A stretch of 60,978 nt of DNA from Marinoscillum sp. Lineage in GTDB: Bacteria > Bacteroidota > Bacteroidia > Cytophagales > MED-G16. The translations under genes and the position numbers were made by a program. The notes below the pieces were generated by a model. It had not been told where the DNA came from, did not search any database, and was given only the letters and a program-made list of their open reading frames with translations. Shown here one piece after another: positions 20,968 through 30,711 of this stretch. The stretch lies in assembly GCA_042095375.1 (NCBI GenBank), contig JBELBJ010000002.1, positions 1-60,978 of the forward strand, read 5' to 3'. Numbering within the stretch: the first letter of the stretch is position 1; each line of letters starts with the position of its first letter.

Positions 20968-23900
20968 TTATTGTTTAACAACTTTTTTAATAACTTTTTT
21001 ATTGTCCTTAGTTAATTCTATTACGAAAATTCCATCAGATTTGTTTGATATATCTACTTCATGTTCTACCTGACCAGATGTATTATCAATATTCCTCAGG
21101 TATTGAGATCTACCAAAGATATCCAATACCCTCAGATCAACATTACCTTTCCAGGTATCATTAAATCTTATCTTAAAAATACCAGAACTAGGATTAGGAT
21201 AAATACTAATTGAACCGTCAGATACTTGATCTTCAATTCCAGTTACCGTATCATCATCTGTAATGGTAATGGTTACAGTTGTATCACTAGATAAAGTTGA
21301 ATTGGTAACAGAATCAATTGATATAACTACGGTTTCATCATCTTCATCATCTGAATCCTGAACAGCAGTTACTGTTGCTGTACCAGTGGTTCCTGATGAA
21401 ATTGTTATAGTTTTTGAACTTAAGGTATAATCAGCTGCAACAGCAGTGCCTCCAGCACCAAATTCTTTTAAAGCAACAACTACATCTCCTGAATTTGGAG
21501 CTTTATTTAAAGTTGCAGTAATTGTTGATACACCTGAGTCTTCGATTATAGAAGTATTATCAACAGAAAGAGATACAACTGGCGGAGTATTAGCTCCGTC
21601 ATTATCTTTTACAGTTATTGTAACCTGTTGGGTGCCTGATTCTTTACCGTTTACAACAGTTGAAATATCTACAATGATTGTTTCATCAGACTCTACATCA
21701 TTATCATCAGTCGTGGTAATTATTATATTTCTAGACTTATTAGCAGAATCTAATATTGTATAACTTGGACCTCCTAAAGTATATTCAGGTGCTGAAACAG
21801 TACCGGTTACAGATAGATTAACTGTTATTGGACCATTAGGTGAAACATCCTTTTCTGCTGTAATAGTTAGTTTTGCATCTTGACCCTCAACAATGTTAAC
21901 TGTGTCAACTGATAGTGAAATTAAATTTTCTTTTGGTTCCCAGTTAACAAGATCCGGTATAGTAGCTGTCCAGATTCCTCTTCCATGAGTAGCAAGCACA
22001 ATCTCTCCTTGATCTTTAATTTTCATATCCCAAACTGTTACATGAGGAAAATTGGATGTTGCATAAGGTATAATATTCCAACTTGCTCCCCTATCTGTGG
22101 TTTCTACAATTCCAATATTAGTTCCAACCCAAATAACATCAGGATCATGTGGCATTACAACAAGACTATGAGTTTCTACATCAGGAAAACCAGCAGTTGA
22201 AGTACCTTCAGTAAAATTTGCTGGAAAACCAGTAATATCAGTCCAAGTAGCTCCTAAATCTCTACTTTCTAATACTTTTGATTTTTTTGGTCTTGAGAAT
22301 AATATATAGACTGTGGAATCTTCCGTTGGGTGAGAATAAATTCCTGAAATCGAAGAGCTAACTCCAGCAGGCTTTGTTATAGGATTAAAAGTTTTTCCCC
22401 AATCTTTGGAAAGAAATAAATTATAATCAGATGTTATTGCACCTCCTGCCCAGACAAATCTTGGGTTTGCAATGGATACTTCGACATCGCTCCTACTATA
22501 ATATTTATTGGGAGAAGGATTTAAAATTTCAATGAGCTTAAATCTATCACCACCAAAATCTTTAGATCTCCATACACCACTATCTTTATGCACAGCATAT
22601 ACAACATCAGGATCTTGATATGAAGTAGATAACCTTGTTATAAATGGAGCAATAGTATTACCTTTGGTGTTTTGTCCAATAGAACTAAACCATTGGCCAT
22701 TAGTCATTCTTGCAAATCCATTATATTGAGATCCTGTCATCATTGAATCTTTATTTTCCCAGTGAGTAATAACCTCAAAACCATCACCACCCCAAACTCT
22801 TGCATGAGGAGTAGTTTCTTTGGCTACAGAGTCTTTAGGAGATAGATAAGTACCATTGTCCTGAGTTCCTCCAAGATATTGTTTTCTGCCTACGACTTTA
22901 TCTGCTCCATAAAATTGAGTAGATCTATAACCAACATCTGTGGGTAAATATGGAACATTGGCATATGCCCACTTATATTTTGTAGCTATCCAGTCGCCCT
23001 CATTTACTCCTGGGTCTGAAGAAGAATTTGAAATAGCCAAACCACCATCATTTCCAACTATAAGTCTAAACTTTCCACCACCATCTGATACTGTTGTAAT
23101 GGTATGTTGATCTGGATGGACATAACCATTTTTTTGGGATATTCCATCTGATCCAACATCTTCATATACATCCGTCAAATGAACTGAATTTTTTGTATTA
23201 TCTGCTAAAACAGTAAACTTAAAAAGGTCTATACCACCAACATAAACTACATCGTCATTTAATGGATTTAAGGCAATACAATTATCATAATACCCTTGTT
23301 TATCTAACCAAAAATCTGTTGAATATCTAGGATCACCTGAGGTTCCATTCTCTTGAATATGCGTCCAAGTAGAACCACCATCAAGGGTTCTGTATAAATA
23401 CGAAGGGCCACTAGATGGCTTTCGTATACCAGCATATACTTTATTAGGATCCGTATGAGAAACAGCTATTTCATAACGACCATAGCTTCCAGATATTCCA
23501 AAAGGTGTAGTAGCTACCCATGTATCTCCGGCATCAGTAGATTTTAATACAGGCTTACCTTTAGACACTGCATATTGAGTGTTAAAATCTGATGGTGCAG
23601 CTACAATTTGAGTATAAGTATGACAGCTATTAAAATTATGAACTTTTGTCCATGAAGTACCTCCATTAGAGGTCTTGTAGATATAAGTATTACAATAGTA
23701 ATTATGTCCAGCTGTAATAACTACAATATCTGGATTAGTTGGATCAACAATTATTCTATGAACTGTTCCAAAATCAGAAATAACCTTTCCTCCTGATTTT
23801 TTAGATACATTTGTCCAACTACTACCTCCATCTGTTGATTTAAAGATACCATCGCCCCATCCACCTGATCCACCAATATGACTTTCTCCTGAACCAGCAT

Positions 23901-24423
23901 AAATTATATCTGTATTTGATTGAGATTGAGCAAGAGAATTAAAATTAATATTTGGCAGTCCAGATGTAAGATTAGTCCAAGACACTTTCTCTGTAGCACC
24001 AGCACCACTGTGAATACCTTTCCATATTCCACCGCCAGGACTAGCAGCATAAAATGTTTTTCCAGATGCATCAGCAGCATCAACAATTAAACCCCTTGTT
24101 CTCCCTGAAACATTCCCGGGCCCTCTTTCAGTAAAAGTAGCAACCGCAGCAGCAGAACTTCCAAAATTAGGATTATCTTGATCACTAGAAGCACTTAGAG
24201 TAGGGCCACTTAATCTAGTAAGCATTTTATCAAGCTCAACCTGTTTGTATCCTGGATAATAATTTGATCCAATTTCATTATAGGTAATGTCTCTAAAGTA
24301 TTTTTCAAATTCATCAGAATATTCAAGCTTAGAGTCTACAATAAGCCTCTCCTCTTGATTATAGGAAACAAAAATTAAAAACGAAAAAAAGAATATAGGT
24401 ATAAGAAAGTAATATTTTTTCAT
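20968..24423 (-). CDS. T9SS-secreted VPS10/BNR-repeat beta-propeller protein (paralogue 2) with two Calx-beta domains and type A CTD
   Basis: Asp-box repeats, HPDQH, GGDGFE and ATHGRG. Two Calx-beta-like units end DDNDVESDETIIV and QDSDDEDDETVVI...TITDDD. CTD IYPNPSSG...KKVVKQ. Confidence 0.85.
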   Translation of the reverse strand: MKKYYFLIPIFFFSFLIFVSYNQEERLIVDSKLEYSDEFEKYFRDITYNEIGSNYYPGYKQVELDKMLTRLSGPTLSASSDQDNPNFGSSAAAVATFTERGPGNVSGRTRGLIVDAADASGKTFYAASPGGGIWKGIHSGAGATEKVSWTNLTSGLPNINFNSLAQSQSNTDIIYAGSGESHIGGSGGWGDGIFKSTDGGSSWTNVSKKSGGKVISDFGTVHRIIVDPTNPDIVVITAGHNYYCNTYIYKTSNGGTSWTKVHNFNSCHTYTQIVAAPSDFNTQYAVSKGKPVLKSTDAGDTWVATTPFGISGSYGRYEIAVSHTDPNKVYAGIRKPSSGPSYLYRTLDGGSTWTHIQENGTSGDPRYSTDFWLDKQGYYDNCIALNPLNDDVVYVGGIDLFKFTVLADNTKNSVHLTDVYEDVGSDGISQKNGYVHPDQHTITTVSDGGGKFRLIVGNDGGLAISNSSSDPGVNEGDWIATKYKWAYANVPYLPTDVGYRSTQFYGADKVVGRKQYLGGTQDNGTYLSPKDSVAKETTPHARVWGGDGFEVITHWENKDSMMTGSQYNGFARMTNGQWFSSIGQNTKGNTIAPFITRLSTSYQDPDVVYAVHKDSGVWRSKDFGGDRFKLIEILNPSPNKYYSRSDVEVSIANPRFVWAGGAITSDYNLFLSKDWGKTFNPITKPAGVSSSISGIYSHPTEDSTVYILFSRPKKSKVLESRDLGATWTDITGFPANFTEGTSTAGFPDVETHSLVVMPHDPDVIWVGTNIGIVETTDRGASWNIIPYATSNFPHVTVWDMKIKDQGEIVLATHGRGIWTATIPDLVNWEPKENLISLSVDTVNIVEGQDAKLTITAEKDVSPNGPITVNLSVTGTVSAPEYTLGGPSYTILDSANKSRNIIITTTDDNDVESDETIIVDISTVVNGKESGTQQVTITVKDNDGANTPPVVSLSVDNTSIIEDSGVSTITATLNKAPNSGDVVVALKEFGAGGTAVAADYTLSSKTITISSGTTGTATVTAVQDSDDEDDETVVISIDSVTNSTLSSDTTVTITITDDDTVTGIEDQVSDGSISIYPNPSSGIFKIRFNDTWKGNVDLRVLDIFGRSQYLRNIDNTSGQVEHEVDISNKSDGIFVIELTKDNKKVIKKVVKQ

Positions 24424-24486
24424 AAAGTGGATTATAAATATAAATCTAAAAAATTTAATTTAATTTATATAGTAAATAAGAAGAGT

Positions 24487-27400
24487 TTATTGTTTAATTA
24501 TCTTCTTTATCACTCTTCTATCCTCTTGTGATAACTCTACAAAGAAAATACCATCAGATTTGTTTGAAATATCCACTTCATGTTCTAGCTGACCAGATGA
24601 ATTATCAATATTTCTCAAGTATTGTGATCTTCCAAAAATATCAAGTACTCTAAGATCTACATTACCTTTCCAAGTATCATTAAATCTTATCTTAAAGATT
24701 CCAGAAGTAGGATTCGGATAAATACTAATCAAGCCACCAGATCCTTGATCTTCAATTCCAGTAACAGCATCATCATCTGTAATGGTAATAGTTACTTGTT
24801 GAGTAGCATTCTCAGTTCCATTACTAACTGATGAAATAGCAATAACTACAGTTTCATCATTTTCATTATCAGAGTCTTGTACAGCGGTTACAGTTGCTGT
24901 ACCAGTTGTTCCAGATGATATTGTTATAGAAGTTGAACTTAAAGTATAATCAGATGCAGATGCAGTACCTCCAGCGCTTAGAGAAACAACCACATTTCCT
25001 AAATTTGGTGCTTTATCTAAAGTTGCAGTAATTGTAGATACACCAGAATCTTCAGTTATAGAAGAATTATCAACAGATAAAGTTGCAACAGGAGGAGTAT
25101 TATCTCCATCATCGTCTTTAAGTGTTATTGTCACTTGTTGGGTACCTGATTCTTTACCGTTTACAACAGAATTGATAGAAACAATTATATTTTCATCACT
25201 CTCTTGATCAGTATCATCTACTCCAGTTATAGTAATAGTTTTCGTAGTACTTGTAGAATCAAGAGTAACAGAAGTTGCGCTTACTGTGAATTGACCAAGA
25301 GCTAATGAACTACTAACTCCTAAATTCACTGTAATTGGTCCATCTGGAGAAACATCTTTTCCAGCAGTAACAGTGAATGTGGCAACACCTCCATTTTCAA
25401 CAATATTTATTGTGTCAACTGTTAATGTAATTAAATTTTCTTTTGGTTCCCAACTAACAAGATCAGGGATGGTAGCTGTCCAGATTCCTCTCCCATGAGT
25501 TGCCAATACAACCTCTCCTTGGTCTCTAACTTTCATATCCCAAACACTAACATGAGGAAAATTAGTTACTAAATTCCAACTAGCACCTCTATCAGTAGTT
25601 TCTACAATTCCTATATCTGTTCCAGCCCAAATTACATCAGAATCATAAGGCATAACAGCAAGACTAGTTACTGCTACATTTGGAAATCCAGTTGAAGAAA
25701 CTCCAACGCCCCAACCTGATGGAAATCCTGAAATGTCAGACCAAGAGTCTCCTAAATCTTTGGATTCAAGTATTTTACCTCTTCCAAAAGAAGATAAAAG
25801 AATATACACTGTTGAATCTTCTTTTGGGTGGGAGTATATACCTGAAATACCTGCTGCTACCCCTCCGGGTTTATTCGTAATTGCTTGAAAAGTATTACCC
25901 CAATCTTTAGATAAATAAAGATTTCCTGAACCAGAGATAAAACCAGAAGCCCAAACAAACCTTGGATTTCCCATTGAAACTTCAACATCACCAGCACTCC
26001 AACCCCCAATATCAGGTGGAACTTTTAATTTCCAATTAGCTCCAAAATCTTTTGTTTTATATATACCATCATCACCTATTACATATGCTACATCAGAATC
26101 TTGATAAGAACCAGTAATTCTACTTATAAATGGCCCACCACCAGTTCCATTATGAGGAGACCAAGTCGTTCCAATATATGACCAATTCGTACCTCCATTA
26201 AGACTTCTATGAAGTCCATTATACTGATACCCACCCATCATCGAATCTGCATTATCCCAATGAGTAAGAACTTCAAGTCCATCTCCACCAACACCCCTTG
26301 TATAGTCAGTATTACTTAAAGCTGTAGAAGCTGGATCGGAATACCATGTACCATTATCTTGAGCTCCTGCAAGATAAGCATGAACTCCTTTAACTTTATC
26401 AGCACCATAAAATTGAGTAGTTCTGTAACCATCTGTCGATGCAAAAAAATCATTGTGATTGATACCTGGATCAGCAGCAGAATTTGAAACCGCAATACCA
26501 CCATCACTACCATTTAATATTCTAAAGTTACCTCCTCCATCATTAATAGTCGTCAAAAAGTGATGATCTACATGAACATGATAATTTTTATATCTACTTA
26601 CAAAATCTGGAGCATCTGCTTCACCATAACCATCCGTTAAATGTATGGAATTTTTTGTATTATCTCCTAAAACAGTAAATTTAAAAAGCTGAACACCACC
26701 AGTATAAACCACGTTATCATCTAATGGACTAACTGTAATACAATTATCATACCACCCCTGGCCATCTAACCAAAAATCTTTTGGTGAATACCTAGCATCT
26801 CCTGAAACACCATTTTCTTGGATATGAGTCCATGAAGTACCACCATCAAGACTTCTATATAGGTAGGATTGATCACCAGATTTTCTAACTCCGGCATAAA
26901 CTTTGTTAGGATCAGTATGAGAAACAGCCAATTCGTAGCGACCATATCCTGCAGCTGAAAAGTCAGTAACTGCCGACCAATTATCACCAGCATCTGTAGA
27001 TTTTAACATTGGGTTTGCCCTAACAGCAGCATATTGTATATTAAAGTTACTTGGAGAAGCAACAATTTGTTGAATATTACCACTGCCTTGTTTCATTTGA
27101 GTCCATGAGGTTCCTCCATTGGTAGTCTTAAAAATATAAGAAGAACCACTGGCAATTTTTAGTGTACTTGCTAATACAATATTTTTATTTGCAGGGTCAA
27201 CAATTATTCTACTTACATTACCATACTTAGAGTCAATTACCCCGCCAGAAGTTGGAGTTATATTTGTCCATGTAGCTGGTGTGCCAGTACCAGGATTATA
27301 GGTACTAAGATCAACTTTATATATTCCATCTCCAGTAATTGCATCTACATTATAAGACCAGTCCTCACCAGTTCCTATATACAGAATGGTAGGATCATTA

Positions 27401-27918
27401 GCAGATTGTGCAATCGTTGAAACTGCAATATTTGATACAGTTGTTGGTGTTAAATTAGTCCATGTAACACTTTCTCCAGAACCATCACTAACATAGACAC
27501 CTTTCCATAAACCACCTCCCACGGCACCTGCATACCATGTGTTTCCAGTAGCATCAGCTGCATCTACAACTATAGCTCTAGTCCTCCCTGGAACATTATT
27601 AGGTCCTCTCTCTGTGAAAGTGGCAGCAGCAGCAGCAGAAGCTCCATAGCGTATAGAATTATCACCTTCTTGAACATTACTTTGACCTAATCTAACAACA
27701 TCCAACCTAGAAATCATTTTATCGAGCTCAACCTGTCTATATCCAGGATAATAACCATCACCTAATATTTCACTTTTATATTTATGAAATTTTTCTGGAC
27801 CCTTATATTTTGGAGTTTCTAAACTATTTTTCTTAAGAAAATAAAAAACGCAAACGGAAATAAATATTATAGAAAAAAAATATTTTAAACTATTTTGAAT
27901 TTTTGTAAGTGAAATCAT
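24487..27918 (-). CDS. T9SS-secreted VPS10/BNR-repeat beta-propeller protein (paralogue 3) with two Calx-beta domains and type A CTD
   Basis: Same architecture as paralogue 2: HVDHH, GGDGLE, ATHGRG, Calx-beta pair, IYPNPTSG...KKIIKQ. Confidence 0.85.
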   Translation of the reverse strand: MISLTKIQNSLKYFFSIIFISVCVFYFLKKNSLETPKYKGPEKFHKYKSEILGDGYYPGYRQVELDKMISRLDVVRLGQSNVQEGDNSIRYGASAAAAATFTERGPNNVPGRTRAIVVDAADATGNTWYAGAVGGGLWKGVYVSDGSGESVTWTNLTPTTVSNIAVSTIAQSANDPTILYIGTGEDWSYNVDAITGDGIYKVDLSTYNPGTGTPATWTNITPTSGGVIDSKYGNVSRIIVDPANKNIVLASTLKIASGSSYIFKTTNGGTSWTQMKQGSGNIQQIVASPSNFNIQYAAVRANPMLKSTDAGDNWSAVTDFSAAGYGRYELAVSHTDPNKVYAGVRKSGDQSYLYRSLDGGTSWTHIQENGVSGDARYSPKDFWLDGQGWYDNCITVSPLDDNVVYTGGVQLFKFTVLGDNTKNSIHLTDGYGEADAPDFVSRYKNYHVHVDHHFLTTINDGGGNFRILNGSDGGIAVSNSAADPGINHNDFFASTDGYRTTQFYGADKVKGVHAYLAGAQDNGTWYSDPASTALSNTDYTRGVGGDGLEVLTHWDNADSMMGGYQYNGLHRSLNGGTNWSYIGTTWSPHNGTGGGPFISRITGSYQDSDVAYVIGDDGIYKTKDFGANWKLKVPPDIGGWSAGDVEVSMGNPRFVWASGFISGSGNLYLSKDWGNTFQAITNKPGGVAAGISGIYSHPKEDSTVYILLSSFGRGKILESKDLGDSWSDISGFPSGWGVGVSSTGFPNVAVTSLAVMPYDSDVIWAGTDIGIVETTDRGASWNLVTNFPHVSVWDMKVRDQGEVVLATHGRGIWTATIPDLVSWEPKENLITLTVDTINIVENGGVATFTVTAGKDVSPDGPITVNLGVSSSLALGQFTVSATSVTLDSTSTTKTITITGVDDTDQESDENIIVSINSVVNGKESGTQQVTITLKDDDGDNTPPVATLSVDNSSITEDSGVSTITATLDKAPNLGNVVVSLSAGGTASASDYTLSSTSITISSGTTGTATVTAVQDSDNENDETVVIAISSVSNGTENATQQVTITITDDDAVTGIEDQGSGGLISIYPNPTSGIFKIRFNDTWKGNVDLRVLDIFGRSQYLRNIDNSSGQLEHEVDISNKSDGIFFVELSQEDRRVIKKIIKQ

Positions 27919-27949
27919 ATTTGATATAAGTTATAAGTTATCAAATATA
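27917..27949 (-). promoter_or_regulatory. -7 promoter box (TATATTTG, 27949-27942) inside a 10-bp inverted repeat that reaches the start codon of paralogue 3
   Basis: ATATTTGATA (27917-27926), a 12-nt spacer, then TATCAAATAT (27939-27948). Confidence 0.45.
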
Positions 27950-27982
27950 TAGATTTTTATTCAGTGAATGAAGCTATTAAAA

Positions 27983-28855
27983 TTAATTTGCAGTGAATTC
28001 TTTCAACCTCATATTTTTTCCTGGCTCTCTTAATTTTTGTAAAGCTTTTTCTCTAATTTGCCTTACTCTTTCTCTTGTTAATCCCATAACATCTCCAATC
28101 TCTTCTAAAGTGTAAGGATTATCAAAGCCAATCCCAAAACTCATAACTATAACATCTCTTTCTCGAGGAGTTAGTGTAGACAAAGCTCTCATTGTCTCAA
28201 CTTTTAAGGAATCATTAAAAACTAAACCAGAATCTGTTGGATCTTCAGCATCATTTTCTAAAACATCTAATAAAGAACCTGAATCATCTTCACCAAATGG
28301 AGCATCCATTGACATTTGTTTAACCTCGGCCCCGAGCGTACTTCTTACTTCACTTGGTTTAATATCTAAATTTTTAGCTAATTCCTCTTCTGTTGGTTCT
28401 CTTTCAAATTTTTGTTCTAATTCAGCGTAAGCTCTTCTTATTTGATTGATAGCCCCTGACTTATTCATTGGAAGCCTAACAATTCTAGATTGTTCAGCTA
28501 AAGCTTGCATAATTGATTGTCTTATCCACCAAACTGCATATGAAATAAATTTAAAACCTTTAGTCTCATCAAACTTTTTTGCAGCTTTAATTAAACCAAG
28601 GTTTCCTTCATTTATAAGATCATTAAGAGGCAAACTCCTATTTTGATATTGTTTAGCAACTGAAACAACAAACCTAAGATTTGCTTGAACAAGTCTATCA
28701 AGTGCACTTTGGCTTCCCTTCTTAATTTGCTTGGCTAGCTTTACTTCTTCTTCAGGTGTAATCATCGGAACACCACTAACCTCAGTAAAATATTTTTCAA
28801 GAGTATGACTCTCTCTTCTATTTGTTATTGATTGTGTTATTTTGAGTTGTCTCAT
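27983..28855 (-). CDS. Bacteroidota-type RpoD/SigA-family sigma factor (lacks region 1.1), possibly a secondary paralogue
   Basis: MRQLKIT...LEKYF, ANLRFVVSVAKQY, DLINEGNLGLIKAA, FKFISYAVWWIRQSI, and region 4 TLEEIG...LTRERVRQIREKAL. Confidence 0.9.
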   Translation of the reverse strand: MRQLKITQSITNRRESHTLEKYFTEVSGVPMITPEEEVKLAKQIKKGSQSALDRLVQANLRFVVSVAKQYQNRSLPLNDLINEGNLGLIKAAKKFDETKGFKFISYAVWWIRQSIMQALAEQSRIVRLPMNKSGAINQIRRAYAELEQKFEREPTEEELAKNLDIKPSEVRSTLGAEVKQMSMDAPFGEDDSGSLLDVLENDAEDPTDSGLVFNDSLKVETMRALSTLTPRERDVIVMSFGIGFDNPYTLEEIGDVMGLTRERVRQIREKALQKLREPGKNMRLKEFTAN

Positions 28856-28891
28856 GCTGAATAAGGTGGTTTTGAGAAGTTAAACAATTGA

Positions 28892-28899
28892 CAAATGTA
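28892..28899 (-). promoter_or_regulatory. Bacteroidota -7 element (TACATTTG) upstream of the sigma gene
   Basis: TAnnTTTG match 37 nt upstream of the ATG at 28855. Confidence 0.55.
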
Positions 28900-28986
28900 T
28901 TATATTATTGCATATATGTCAAGATTAAATACGAAAGAAATCGATTAATGTTCCTCTTAATCAATGAAATCAATTTTTTTGATTAT

Positions 28987-29259
28987 TTAATCAATTTCAA
29001 TAGTTATTTTTTCAGATCTAGGAAAAGACTGACAACATAAAACATACCCATCTTTTAACTCTTCATCAGAAAGACCATCGTTCACTTCCATTTCAACATC
29101 ACCTTCAACTAATTTACCTATGCAAGATGTACATACCCCACTTTGACAAGAAAATGGTATATCAATATCTTCATCCATAGCTTTTTCAAGTATTGTGGTA
29201 TCTTTATCTACTTCCATTTCAAAAGTTTCACCATCCATAAATACTTTTACGATACTCAT
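28987..29259 (-). CDS. Plant-type [2Fe-2S] ferredoxin
   Basis: PFSCQSGVCTSC and a distal VLCCQS cysteine; acidic 90-aa protein. Confidence 0.92.
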   Translation of the reverse strand: MSIVKVFMDGETFEMEVDKDTTILEKAMDEDIDIPFSCQSGVCTSCIGKLVEGDVEMEVNDGLSDEELKDGYVLCCQSFPRSEKITIEID

Positions 29260-29282
29260 ATGTATAAATTTTAATTGACGCG

Positions 29283-29342
29283 CAAATATAATTTAATGAT
29301 TTGTTTTAAAATATCTCTTTCGTTAAATATTTCTTAATTTTG
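29283..29342. promoter_or_regulatory. Divergent -7 promoter boxes for ferredoxin (minus, TATATTTG 29290-29283) and purB (plus, TAATTTTG 29335-29342)
   Basis: Two TAnnTTTG matches, each oriented toward and close to its start codon. Confidence 0.6.
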
Positions 29343-29356
29343 CAAAAATCATAAAA

Positions 29357-30709
29357 ATGAATACATTTAATCTATCAGCAATAAGCCCCATAGACGGAAG
29401 ATATAGTAAGGTTACTGAAGACATATCTAAATACTTTTCAGAGTTTGCATTGATAAGATATAGGGTTTATGTTGAAATCGAATATTTTATTGCCCTATAT
29501 GAATTTAAATTGCCTGAATTAAAAAATATTAAAAAAAGTAAAATAAAAGATTTACGTGAAATTGTAAATAACTTTTCTATAAACGATGCTAAAAAAATAA
29601 AAAAAATTGAAGATAAAATCAATCATGATTTAAAAGCAGTAGAATATTTTATTAAAGAAAAATTCAAAAAATTAGGATTAGAAGAATATAAAGAATTTGT
29701 ACATTATGGACTTACTTCACAAGATATTAATAACACTGCGATACCTTTAATGCTAAAAGATTGTCTTAAAAAGACTATTATTCCTTCAATTAAAATTATT
29801 CAAAAATCAATAAATATTAAGTCAAAAAAATTCAAAAATATACCTATGGTCAGTAGAACACATGGACAACCGGCTACACCTACTACTTTTGGAAAAGAAT
29901 TAAAAGTTTTTCATGAAAGAATTAGTGTTCAACTTGATTCTCTTATTAGAATTCCTAATAATGGAAAATTTGGTGGTGCATCTGGAAACCTAAATGCCCA
30001 TTATGTATCCTATCCAAAAATTAATTGGGATTCATTTTCAGATAAATTTTTAAAAAAAATCGGATTAATTAGAAGTAATCCAACAACTCAAATTGAACAT
30101 TATGATAATATGGCAGCTATTTTTCATTGCTTATCAAGAATTAATACAATTTTAATTGATTTTTCTAAAGATATTTGGCATTATGTATCTATAAATTATC
30201 TAAAACAAAAAGTGAAAAAAAATGAGGTAGGTTCATCTGCAATGCCACATAAGGTTAACCCAATAGATTTTGAAAATGCTGAAGGAAATTTAATGATGGC
30301 TAATCAAATATTTCAATTTCTCTCAGAAAAACTTCCAGTATCAAGACTTCAAAGAGATTTGACAGATTCAACTGTATCAAGAAATATTGGCATTCCAATT
30401 TCGCATACAAAAATTGCTTTAAATTCTTTATCAAAAGGGTTAGAAAAAATAGAAATCAATAAAAAAGAAATAGAGAATGATTTAGAAAATAATTGGTCAA
30501 TAATTGCTGAGGCAATTCAAACGATATTGAGAAGAGAAAAAGTGCCTAATCCATATGAAACACTTAAAAAAATCACTAGAGGAAATTCAAAAATTGATAA
30601 AAAATTATTTTTAGAATTCATAGATAAACTTCCTGTAAGTAATAAAGTGAAAAAGGAATTATATAATATATCTCCAAAAAATTATTTAGGAAATAGTCAA
30701 AATCAATAA
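29357..30709 (+). CDS. purB: Adenylosuccinate lyase
   Basis: AISPIDGRY, NHDLKAVEY, HYGLTSQDIN, RTHGQPATPTT, GSSAMPHKVNPIDFENAEGN and SRLQRDLTDS. Confidence 0.97.
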   Translation: MNTFNLSAISPIDGRYSKVTEDISKYFSEFALIRYRVYVEIEYFIALYEFKLPELKNIKKSKIKDLREIVNNFSINDAKKIKKIEDKINHDLKAVEYFIKEKFKKLGLEEYKEFVHYGLTSQDINNTAIPLMLKDCLKKTIIPSIKIIQKSINIKSKKFKNIPMVSRTHGQPATPTTFGKELKVFHERISVQLDSLIRIPNNGKFGGASGNLNAHYVSYPKINWDSFSDKFLKKIGLIRSNPTTQIEHYDNMAAIFHCLSRINTILIDFSKDIWHYVSINYLKQKVKKNEVGSSAMPHKVNPIDFENAEGNLMMANQIFQFLSEKLPVSRLQRDLTDSTVSRNIGIPISHTKIALNSLSKGLEKIEINKKEIENDLENNWSIIAEAIQTILRREKVPNPYETLKKITRGNSKIDKKLFLEFIDKLPVSNKVKKELYNISPKNYLGNSQNQ

Positions 30710-30711
30710 AA

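Noticed and set aside
17373-27918. Specific xyloglucanase (GH74) or sialidase assignment
   Set aside because: Asp-boxes are shared by many propeller families, and I could not identify family-specific catalytic residues by eye.
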